DNA of 63,647 nucleotides, filler included, from Choristocarpus tenellus KU-1152 (Eukaryota > Protista > Phaeophyceae), in the NCBI GenBank assembly GCA_964200185.2. It is 11 parts of 11 records of this genome, joined end to end, with 100 filler letters (N's around TTAATTAATTAA, not from the genome) between each part and the next. Parts side by side here need not be neighbours in the genome. Positions count along the whole stretch, not along the records: positions 33,843 to 42,444 come from CAXNAD020004544.1; positions 42,545 to 46,755 come from CAXNAD020015676.1; positions 46,856 to 49,955 come from CAXNAD020022333.1; positions 50,056 to 58,976 come from CAXNAD020004197.1; 7 more parts are not named here. One strand, written 5' to 3'. Under the pieces are notes generated by a model. The model saw only the letters and a program-made list of their open reading frames with translations. It was not told the origin of the DNA and made no database searches. Shown in pieces: positions 39,901 to 50,722 of the stretch; within the stretch, counting starts at the first letter, position 1, and every line of letters starts with the position of its first letter. Position numbers and translations under genes: made by a program.

Positions 39901-40249
39901 AGACCGACAGTTCGGTGTATATCAATGTATGGGAGTCTCCGGTGGTGAGCTGACCAGTGAAGAACCTGTGCATGGACTTTATGCCACCGAGGTTTGGGAC
40001 ATGTGAGTCATGTCGTCCCGTGAGGTTGATCTTGTAAGCCGGAAGGTGGACTATCTCCTGTGTTCTGAACGTGTCGATGTACAGAAGTTTCGTAGACGTG
40101 TTACTGTGCGGCTGCCGTCCCTATCCGTTCAATCCTAAGGGGTGTGGTGATTGTGCGTATATGAGGAGGGGTGGTATGTGTTGGAGTCAGTGTTGGTACC
40201 GAGGCGGGGTCCTGTGACCGAATCAATGTTATGGCATTTTTTTTGGGAT

Positions 40250-42307
40250 GATATGTGCTACCTATTCCTGGAACAAGTGTTTGGTAAATGACAGGTGTCA
40301 GTATGTGATAAAAACAATAACTTAGAGTTTTGGGTTAGTTTGACGCTTGGCAGACTTTGCAAAATAGAGGGCAAGATGATTGTAAGTGTGCACGGATGGT
40401 GTGCTGTCGATTGAGAAGTGCGTATGTGCGATTATCATGTCGCGCATGGTGTCGACATGAAGGGATGGCATGGATCAGACATAATGGGTCAACGATGTCT
40501 ATTGGGTCTTTAGTGTATGGGTTAGCAAGGGGCGGGAGGGGGCAGTCTGTCACCAGTGGCAAACAGGAGCCGATTATTTCAGTGGTTGGAATCATGCATG
40601 CAGTACATATGCTATATATTCCTGCAAGAAGCGATGGGTACATGGCCGACGTTGATATGGGAAAGAAAACAATAACTTGGAGTTTGGAGTTTTGTGCGAG
40701 GTTTCCGATTGGCAGACTTATTCAAAATAGAGGGCGATAATTGCAAGCGTGCACGGATGGTGTGCGGTCGATTGAGAAGTGCGTATGTGTGATTGGCACG
40801 TTGCGCATGGTGTCAACGAGAAGGGTAGGCACGGATGTGACATAATGGGTCAACAATATCTATTACGTGTTTAGTGCGTGGGTTGGCAAGGGGCGGGAGG
40901 GGTGAGTCTGTCGCCAGCGGCAAGTAGAGGTCGATTATTGTGAGTGGGGGGGACCGTGCACATTGTATATGTGCTACCTGTTCCAGTAACAATTGTTTGG
41001 TAAATGACAGACGTTAATATGGGAAAGAAAACACTAACTTAGATATTTGGGTTATTTTGTCGGTTGGCAGGCATATTCAAAATAGAGGGCGATAATTGCA
41101 AGCGTGCACGTACGGTGTGCGGTCGATTGAGAAGTGTGTATGTGCGATTAGCACGTCGCACATGGTGTCAACGTAAAGGGTAGGTACGGATGTGACATAA
41201 TGGGTCAACGATATCTATTGTGTGCTTAGTGTATGGGTTGGCAAGGGACGGGATGGGTGAGTCTGTCGCCAGTGGCAAATAGAGGTCGATTATTGTGAGT
41301 GGGGGGGACCGTGCACATTGTATATGTGCTACCTGTTCCAGTAACAATTGTTTGGTAAATGACAGGCGTTAATATGGGGAAGAAAACGATAACTTAGATA
41401 TTTGGGTTATTTTGTCGGTTGGCAGGCATATGCAAAATAGAGGGCGATGGTTGCAAGTGTGCACGGACGGTGTGTGGTGGATTGAGTAGTGTGTATGTGC
41501 AATTAGCATGTCGCACATGGTGTCGACGTAAAGGGTAGGTACGGATGTAACACAATTTGCAACGATTTGTATGGCGTGTTTATTGCATTGGTGGACAAGG
41601 TGTGTACGGGTTAGGGTTGTCGCCAGTGGCAACAGAGGCCGGTTATTGTGAGTGGGGGGGGCATGCATGTAGTGTATATGCTACCTATTCCTATAGGGTA
41701 GGGTTAGTTACATGGCAGACGTTGATACCGGGAAGAAAATAATATAAAAAATATAAATTTGAGTTTTGCGCGAGTTTGCCGGTTGGCAGACTTATGCAAG
41801 ATAGGCGGCGATGGTTGTAAGTGTGCACAGACTGTCTGTGCGGTCAATTTAGAAGTGCGCATTTGTGATTCTGACGCTGCCGTCGTGTCGACATGAAGGG
41901 AATCACGGATGAGTAAAAGTACCTTAGAGGGTACGAGTTTTGTCCTGTTTGTCCGTTTGGGGCTTGACTTCCCATGGGTTTTTTGATGACATTTTCCTAA
42001 TCGAAAATATTTCGGATTAGGTAAATGTATACGTTATGAAAATGTGTGTCCGGAAAAAGGACATTGACACTCCCTAACTAACACGATAGACGAAATTACA
42101 GCAAAATCGAAAGATTGGATTGTGTTCCCAAATGGACGTGGCTCTACCCTCTTAGGTACTTTGGCTCGGATGCGACACAATTTTGAACGGTATATATTGC
42201 GTGTTTGGTGTATAGGTGGGCAAGGGGCTTACGGGTCGGGGTTGTTGCCAGTGGCAGAGGCCGATCTTTGTGAGTGGGGGGGATCGCCATGTGGAGTGTT
42301 CCTACCT
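40250..42307. repeat. ~355-bp tandem array (5 units plus start of a sixth) filling an intron
   Basis: Marker GTCGATTGAGAAGTG (variants) at 40406, 40767, 41122, 41477, 41843; one unit is interrupted by a MITE. Confidence 0.95.
41911..42167. mobile_element. MITE family 1 copy D (inside the tandem array)
   Basis: GAGTAAAAGTACCTTAGAGGGTA...TACCCTCTTAGGTACTTTGGCTC; perfect TSD GGAT. Sister units show the empty site with a single GGAT. Confidence 0.97.
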
Positions 42308-43789
42308 TTGTCACGATTGTCTGTCCGGGAGGAACCTTATGACCTTTCCGGTAGCGCCACTCTTCCTCTGGTGTCGGATCCCTCAAGGTGTATTGAGGTT
42401 TGGTTGCCTTGATTGTATCCACTAGGGATGAGGTTCCTGGCATGNNNNNNNNNNNNNNNNNNNNNNNNNNNNNNNNNNNNNNNNNNNNTTAATTAATTAA
42501 NNNNNNNNNNNNNNNNNNNNNNNNNNNNNNNNNNNNNNNNNNNNGTATGATACAGAATACGTACGTATATAAAATATAATAAGTCAACATTAATCCACAC
42601 GTCAGTGATGATGGATGCTTGACAGGCAACTAATAATTCAGTGTGTGCTTTACCATGTAATTCACAGCTAGCTTTCGGCGACGAGCCTCATGTGCGTCAA
42701 GCTTCTCAACAATCCCTCCACTTATAGCCTCGCGGTGTTTCCTCTCTGAGGATGCCAGGGTTTTTGGCAGCCAATAGGTCTGTGCACATTCTTGCAAAGT
42801 ATTGCATCCTGGTCTGCTTCTGGAGCTACGCACGGGGAGGGACGAGGATAATGTCTTAGCGGATGGTGGCGTCACGATATGATGCGAGGCACACGGAACA
42901 CAAAGGTAGAGAGGGCAGCGAGAGTCACCACCAAGTGTGAGATCAACATGGATCCTTTGTCGTAAACATGCTAATGGCACTATGTACGGAATGATGGCAC
43001 TATGTACGGAATGGACAAGATCGAGGGACACGCCAATTTCAAACACTTGAGAGGAGATGGGTCTACAACAGAGATTTGCAGTCAGTGGACACGCCTTTTT
43101 GATTTCCTCCCATCCAGAATGGATGATACCTTGTGGTACCATTAGGATCATACCTCTTCGATGATGGGGGCCGATCGTGCTTCGGAAACAAACCTTGCTC
43201 TACATGAGATCTCTGGTGGAAAAAAAGACGGAATCAATCTGGAAAGCGCAGTGTGTGCCCTGAAAGTAACAATTTCTTAGATCGAAAAGATGTATGAATA
43301 AAATATTTGTCGCCCTACTTCATCTATTCAAAGAGCTTTTTGCAATTTGTTACGATGAATTCAATGTTAACCGGCAGGAACTATTTCCCCTCCGAAAAAT
43401 GACCTACTTCTAGTAAGGTGTTAGAACATTGAAATCTTGGCAAAGACGATGAAAATGATCAGATACAGTCCTTCCTACCGAGAGTCGACACACTCGTCCT
43501 GCCTACCTGTTACCTGTAGCTGTGGCTGAATCCGCCTCTGTTCCTCAGGATATGATGACGGCCTTGTGGTTCGCGTCCCAGAGCACAGTGAATGTATGAA
43601 CCGCCCTGAAGTCGAACTTACCCTGTGTATCGATTTATGCAACATTGTGGAGGAGAGGGTAACGTCGGTGATGTCATATATGATGAGGATGCTAACAGAG
43701 TTCGTCGTATCATCGAGTCACATCGTGTCTGCCTAAGTATTTATATGGAGGTACGAACTCTACACAATAAACATATATGTGACAAATCA

Positions 43790-45245
43790 AGGTTTGTCTT
43801 TCATCTGCGGAAAGCGAAACTGACTTGGCTCGCTGCGGTTGGGCGAATGGCAGATTCGGTCAGAAGGATTTCATGTTGTATGTATTAGTGACGAAGTCTT
43901 TTCGTTCTGCATGTGCGATGGTGGATTCAACGGCTGTGCAGCCGAATTTCTTCAACCACGCGTCGTTCACTTTGCATATTCGAGTGTTGTTACTGACATG
44001 CTTGGAAATGTGCCGCACTCACATCGTTTGTGTTCCTCCTTTTGTGATCCTGCCACACACTGCACAGGACTTTCTCATATTCATCGGTTTCTGATGGCAG
44101 AGTGATGAGGTGAGCGAATGAGGGATTAGTATCGTTGGATTATAATTCATGGGTTGTCCTTGTCGACCGTAATACAAATCCCAGAAATATTCATTAATGG
44201 TTGTGGTCTTACCTTCCTCTGCACATATCTGGGCCAGAATCGCTATTGCATTGTAGAACTGATTGGCCGTCCCGTAGCTCGCACTATTCAGGCCACTCTC
44301 CAGGTTAGTATCCACCCATGCCTCTTTTAGGAAGGCCGCGATCTTCCCAGCCACAACCTTCTTCGCCACCCCATTGAACACGTCATCGCAATCTGAAAAA
44401 TCCAACTTGCCATGCGAGTACTGGTTACACAGCCTCACTAGGGCATTGCACCTCTTGTTCTCCTTGTTGTTCTCAAGGTCTGGCAGGGTGGATGGGAGGG
44501 GCTTGACCTTTCCGAATTCTGTCCGGAACTCCTTCATCGCCCGCAACCATGACACCATCCTCGGGAATACATCGACGACGTTGGGGACGTGTGACTTGCT
44601 CGATGTCACGCCTTGTCCGATCGATATTGATTCCGCCTTCTCTTTGTCACATCGTGGGTAGACGTGCCATACGAGGTGGGTGCCGCGATTATGCAGGATA
44701 TGAATTACTTTAGAGGCCCAATCCTTATCCACAAAGTCAGGAAAGTTATCTTCGTTGGTGGAGGGGCCTTCTTGGACTGCCGCTGAACATGGTTCAGTAT
44801 CCTTAACAGCATTAGTCGATGCTGTCCATTCAAGCAGTAGAACATGTTGAGAGGGTCTTGAGGGTTCCGTGGATTCCCCAACTTGTCCTTCTCTACATAT
44901 CCACCGACGATGTAATATTTTAAAAGGGTGGTGATGGAGAGATCCCCTTTAATCCCATAGTCCAACATGTACTCCCTAATCTCGTCCGCGGTCTTCCATC
45001 GTGAGCACATTGCATAGGCCTGCGAAGTTAGGACAGACCATATGTGCTGCCCTGCCTCCTCGTGATCCTTTGGGATATCGTTAAAGATAGACGCAAGTCT
45101 GCCCTCGTCAAGCAAACTTGCGTTGTAGTCTTGGGACAGAAATCCCGTTGTGGCCAGGTAGGTGGTTTTGATTGCGCCCAGTCGAAGGCTGCAAATTTGT
45201 GCGGTCCTCTTTCTGGTCTCTTGAAAAGCAGCTTCGCTCGTAGAC
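43790..45245 (-). pseudogene. Intron-containing gene with ParB/Srx (DGQHR-like) motif, frameshifted
   Basis: Exon 45245-44213 (~340 codons, one frameshift near 44760-44800) contains MFYCLNGQHRLMLL. In-phase GT-AG intron 44212-44091; the downstream exon has a frameshift and stop. Confidence 0.55.
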
Positions 45246-45620
45246 CTTAATGTAATGTACGGTTTATGAAAACATGGCGTGGAACGAAAGAGGGTATGGG
45301 GAATGGTTTTCAGTAAAGTATGCAGATGATATGTTTCGCATGGTTATGTGTTAAGGACGATTAGGTAGGGACTAGGATGAAACAAGAGATCATACAGCTG
45401 TTTTGCAAACGAGCAGGCTATTGGGTGAAAAGTGATTTGCACCATTGAAGGAATTTCTGTATTGCATTGGACATGAAAACCGGATGAGTCTTAAGTTCAG
45501 GGCCTTTGCACTTCGTCGACATAATTTTGAAGGACGGCATCTGAAAATTATAAGTAGTTCCGCCACGAAAATTAATAAATTTTCATATTTCCCGAAATAT
45601 GTGTGTGGAGTTTTTTACTC

Positions 45621-46035
45621 CTCGCATGCCGTCGTTCGGTGCCATGCGAAAATAGGGTTTAGTTGAGAAGTGATTCGTGATACATTCTTGTTTTTTGAAT
45701 GAGCGTGGTTACATATTATCCTTTCTAAAGAAAAATATGAAATTGATATAAAATAAAAGGTGCGAGCGACGTGATTAGTGACATAGGAAGGAAAAACTGA
45801 TTTATCAACTTTACTATTAAAGTCTCGCATGACGTCGTTCGACGTCATGTGAAAATAGGGTATAGTTGAGAAGCAATTCGTCATACGTTTTGAATATGTG
45901 AAAAACTGATTTATCAACTTTACGATTAAAGTCTCGCATGACGTCTTTCGACGTCATGTGAAAATAGGGTATAGTTGAGAAGCGATTCGTCGTACGTTTT
46001 TAATCTGTTGAATGAGTGTGGTTACATTATTATCC
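45621..46035. repeat. Three copies of a hairpin-containing repeat
   Basis: CTCGCATGACGTCGTTCGACGTCATGTGAAAATAGGGTATAGTTGAGAAG (variants) at 45621, 45824, 45933; copies 2 and 3 form a 109-bp tandem. Confidence 0.92.
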
Positions 46036-46855
46036 ATTCTTCTACAAACAAAATGGGTATAAAAGAAGGTAATATGGAAGTGATCACAGAAATAGAAATG
46101 GTTGGGGGGGAAGGGAATCTGACTAATCAACTTGCATGATAATGAATGTGACTGGTTATGCTCCTTAATTCATTACATAAGAAGAAAAGGCAGTGGTGGA
46201 GTGCTCGGGTTTCGGTTGACGAGGACTAGCAATAGAGGGCGGCTATTGTTCTTGCACATTAATATTTCAAAAAGAGAGGGATGGGTGAGGTGCAAACCCG
46301 AAATAAATTATTGTTTTTCAAATGTAAAGGTGTACAGGGTATCGGTATTTCTTCACGTACAAGATGTTCGGATCGGCAGCGCACTGCTTAGGGAATCTAG
46401 GTGAATTGAATACGGAGGTGGGTGGTCACGTTTTGGTGAACACTGAAACGATGTCCAAAATTAACAATGGGTTGGATGCGATACTTGAAAGAAATATGAC
46501 TTACCAATGAAAAAAAAACACCGGGTTACATATGTATTCCTTCTTCAAAAACATGTGAAAAGGGGCAGCTAACTGGTTCGGAATATCAACATAATTGGCT
46601 ACAGCGGAGAGTGGTTTGTTCTGTTTGTTGGTCAATCTAAAAGTGGTGTTGACAATTATGAACGGGTGACATGTAGTACTTCACATAAATCTCAGTTTTG
46701 TATGGGAAAAATCACTGGGGATCGTGTATTCCCCCTGCAACAACGTATCGGAGGGNNNNNNNNNNNNNNNNNNNNNNNNNNNNNNNNNNNNNNNNNNNNT
46801 TAATTAATTAANNNNNNNNNNNNNNNNNNNNNNNNNNNNNNNNNNNNNNNNNNNN

Positions 46856-46919
46856 AGGGAAGCCAAGCCCCAAATGGACAAACAGGGCAAAATTCGTACC
46901 CTCTAAGATACTTTCACTC
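46856..46919. mobile_element. MITE family 1 copy E (truncated by contig start)
   Basis: CCCCAAATGGACAAACAGGGCAAAATTCGTACCCTCTAAGATACTTTCACTC. Confidence 0.93.
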
Positions 46920-46923
46920 TCAC

Positions 46924-48713
46924 CTGACAGGACTGTAAAAAGTCCAGCAATTCAGCGAAAGTCTCTTTCTTGGTGTCGAACCCCTCAAGACGTTCAGACG
47001 CGTGGGTCTGAACTTTCACATGACAACATGGTTTACAGGCAAAGAACAGGTAGTTTTTGGCAGTGCATCTTGGACTTAGTGGGTAACAGAGGCTGTCTGC
47101 AATGCAGCAATAGAGTTATGGTCCAGAGTGTAAAGGGACAAATCCACCAGCTGAGATTTTCCAGTAGGCATAGCGTGACTGGAAACAGCCATTGTACAAG
47201 GTTAGCAAATATTCATAGTTTTCTTACCCTCCGATTTCAAATTATCCTGCTCTCTTCACCACCACAGCTTGTCCTGTGAGAGTTTCATCTCTCATCCCTC
47301 TCACAATACATAACCAATCCCAAACATCAGGATGTGAAAGGCAATATGCCAAGACCAATATTGGCACATGACAAAATAAAGTGAAATAACTTTAATTTTG
47401 CACAGATTTGTGGATTGAAGGGAGGATCAGCCCTTTGTTGAGCAGTGCAATGATTGGGGCTATAATGCGGTCGGACTGTAGAGCATGCGGATGCTATTGG
47501 ACCCTTGTGACAACCATTAAATATGCCCTTTCACTGCCAGCAGCACCCACCCCAATAGTATCTTGGCAATATTCAATTTTCCCATTTGCTTTCATGATCA
47601 CGATTGCTCAAAGGCTTTCCACACCAAGCTCATTCGACGAAGGGCACACAGTTGCCTTCCCCATTCCCGCCTGTGGCAAACCTCAAAGAAGAGTTGCTTC
47701 CAAGTAAGCCCATGCTCAGCAATCTGGCAGTTGTACCAGCCCAATTTCTCGACACAGCGGCGCTTCCAGTAGTTCTCATCGAAAACGTACAGAGCACCGA
47801 CCTGGTGACATGGCTGGGACGTTACTATTTATACTGTGGGAGGACGGATGTGCAGAAGCTTGAGCATGACTGAAGGCTTTCTTCGCCACTTCAGAAATTA
47901 CCGCATATGCACGAATGGTTATCCCCAGTAAAAAGACGAAATGCAAACACCATGCAATCTTTGCGTCTTATCACCATGCCATACAGATAACCTCTTGGTG
48001 AAGCGGGTGGAGACAATATCCCTAACCTATTTTCACTTCACCTCTTGTAGTTCCGCTCACCTTGGGGTCGAGATCTGTGCTCAGGCTGGTACTAATAGCA
48101 TGGAGAAATTTGGCCTGTATTCCTTTGCCACTACCACTACGTTCATGGACAGGCAATTGCTCAAAGTTGTCCACAATTGTTCGTACACACTTTTTGGTCA
48201 GTTTCTCCTCGGCAGGGTTGTCCTGACATTGAGATAGGTGAAGATGCTTATCATCTTTGCGTCAAGCAAGAGAAGTGAATGGAGTCAGAATAGCAGACTT
48301 TCCAATGCAGAAGGGTCAGGGTCCTTCTATTCTTGTTAATGGCACTGCAAAAAAAAAACTCTCATACGTCGAAACGTCAATGGTGCCTGCCAAATTCTGA
48401 ATGGTGACGGAATCAATCCTGCTCTTGCCCTCCACTCAACGATACGACGCAAACAAACATGACGAAGACGAAGTATTACTGCAAGCTGAGGAGCACCTTG
48501 ACGACTCCCGGCACCATCGAGTGAATCACTGTAGAAGCAACACGTGAGAAGCGCAGCAGCCTAGAAGTGTACGATCACCTTAATTGCTCGGTCGAATGGC
48601 TTGATACGAAGGTAAGGGTCCGCGAAGGAGCGTGGTTTGAATCGCTTGATCTGATCAGCGAGAGAGGCCACACCTGTGTTACATCCTACTGAAAGCTCCC
48701 CCCTTATCGCCAT
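46924..48713 (-). CDS. TCTE1: Dynein regulatory complex subunit 5 (TCTE1/DRC5), first four exons
   Basis: Exons 48713-48579, 48222-48061, 47801-47682, 47007-46924, all phase 0; KCVRTIVDNF, TDLDP, FDENYWKRRC..W.NCQIAEHGLTWKQLFFE, ERLEGFD. Largely missed by the ORF track. Confidence 0.88.
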
Positions 48714-49144
48714 CGAAACATTCCAATGAGTGCAAGTGAAACTTGACCCGACTCCTTGAGGAAGGATAGCGCAGTGTGTATGATGTACACTGAGGTGCAA
48801 GGTTGGGTAGAACCGACAAAAAGTCCTTTTCTTAGTCGTTTCGTCAAATAAAAATATATTTGTAGAAAAAACCTGTTTTCCACCGCCTGCCAGGTATCGT
48901 AGAACCCGGCAAAACTCTAAGCCTCTTGGATAGGTGAGGCCTCACCCCATCCCAAGAAACAAATCGAGTACTGAACCTCAGTTTCATTCCTGAGGCCCCC
49001 TCTCTCCCATTGCTTTACTTTAGCAAAGTGGTGTGGGTTGGATTTTTTTTCGGTGAAGACCAAGTCGGTGTAGTCCCCCCCCGCCAACACCTTGGTAAAA
49101 CACTGGCCAGGGGTAAGACAGGTGGGGGGGGGGGAAATTAGGTA

Positions 49145-49443
49145 ATGTCATCAGCTCCAAACCTGGCTCAAACAAAGGCCATGGAGTCATCAGGAAGGGG
49201 GATCAGGAAAGATATCGGACGAGGGGGAGCGTCTCCAAGAGTTATCGGGAGTCGGGACATCGAGTCGGACAAGGGGCTTGGGGGTGAGAAGGATACTAGG
49301 GATCGGGGAAGAGGATGGGACAGAGAAAGGAGGGATGTGACGAAGGGCGATAGATATAAACGGCGGAACGGTGATGGTAAGAGTAGCAGGCATCACAGGG
49401 ATAGGGAGCAAAGCCGCGCCTCCAGCCATCGCGATCGCAGCAG
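49145..49443 (+). CDS. First exon of an R/D/S-rich protein (possibly splicing-related)
   Basis: ATG to AG|GTGGGT donor; RDRGRGWDRERRD...HRDREQSRASSHRDRSR; divergent from TCTE1. Confidence 0.55.
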
Positions 49444-50441
49444 GTGGGTTGAGAGAAATGATTTTCCCAACAGCGTTCGAGTTATCTTAATATGCTACCT
49501 ACACATCCTGGGTCAAGAATGACCGTCTATTTGTGGATTCCGTTCAATGGATTACTAATTTGTGCCGGGCCGACTTGTGTAAACCAAAAACCGCATTTAA
49601 CGAGAATGCCGTGTGGGCATCTGGCGAAATGTGACTCGTTTCGCCCGTGCGTGCTTGCGAAGAGTTCAGGCTAGAAAAATTACATTTCATTTCCCAAACA
49701 CGGATAAATTTGTCGTTAAATCCTTTGAAATTGGGCTTATGTAAGGACTTCCTATCCAGATTTTTTTAGTGCTTGTAATTTTGTATGCTTGAACCTTACT
49801 CTACCCTTTACTATTTTTCTGACTGTTCGTTACCTGATTCCTACCATCAACCCCGCTTTCCATGTGCCTATATCTCACAGGTTGTACAACCTGGTATCTC
49901 CTGTCACCTCAAGTTGCCCCTCCCCCCTTACTCCTCCCCCCATACTCCTCCCCCCNNNNNNNNNNNNNNNNNNNNNNNNNNNNNNNNNNNNNNNNNNNNT
50001 TAATTAATTAANNNNNNNNNNNNNNNNNNNNNNNNNNNNNNNNNNNNNNNNNNNNTTTGTTTTTTTTTTTTTTTTGGTTTTTTTTGTTTATGGTTTTGTT
50101 TGTTTTTTTTTTATGGTTTTGTCAGTTTATGGATTTGTCAGTTTATGGATTTGTCAGTTTTTTTTTTTATGGATTTGTCAGTTTATGGACGGTCAGTCAG
50201 GCGGTGCTGTTCAAACGATCAAGTTCATCACTAAATTCCGGACCCCGACGTACTCTGATAATACAGTGATGTTAAGGAGTCAAATATTTCAAACTCCATA
50301 TGGAAATACTAACAACCCTAACCCTAATAGCATATACTGAATCACTGCAGTAGGAAAGCGTCCCCAAAAAGGGGTCTTGTCTACTGCCTCTCCCTCTGCA
50401 GGACGAGTTGATGATGCTCCTATCGCCCAGCTCGACTGATC

Positions 50442-50472
50442 TAACCCTAACCCTAACCCTAACCCTAACCCT
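50442..50472. repeat. Interstitial telomere-like (CCCTAA)n tract
   Basis: About 5 units; one of many short tracts in the window. Confidence 0.9.
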
Positions 50473-50722
50473 GCATCAGTATCTGACCCTCGTTCCTAAC
50501 CCTAACCTTTGAAACAAAACCTGGCTTAGCACTCACAAGATTTCACCTACATACCTCGTCTACTCTCATCCAAAACATCACTCCCCCACTCATCCCAATG
50601 CCCGGTCAACCACCATGAGCCACAGAGCAGACAATACATATTATGTAGCACTGCAGAGCACTACAGAGCACTACAGAGCACATGTAGGATTAGAGTTAAG
50701 ACTGAGCACACAAATCTTGCAC

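Larger units (their letters stand above)
38257..42443 (-). pseudogene. Intron-containing putative Sola-like DNA transposase C-terminal region with Tudor-like domain
   Basis: Exons 42443-42306, 40120-39509, 39093-38257 join in phase 0 with GT-AG. Motif GGIKSMHRF...ELSVYCTNCSIG...C; C-terminal WMRGTV...YPYEVKWENGD...YSIDQDAPTWGW. One premature TGA at 38395-38397. Confidence 0.6.

Noticed and set aside
45621-46035. CRISPR-like palindromic repeats
   Set aside because: Intervening sequences are themselves duplicated and are not unique fixed-length spacers.
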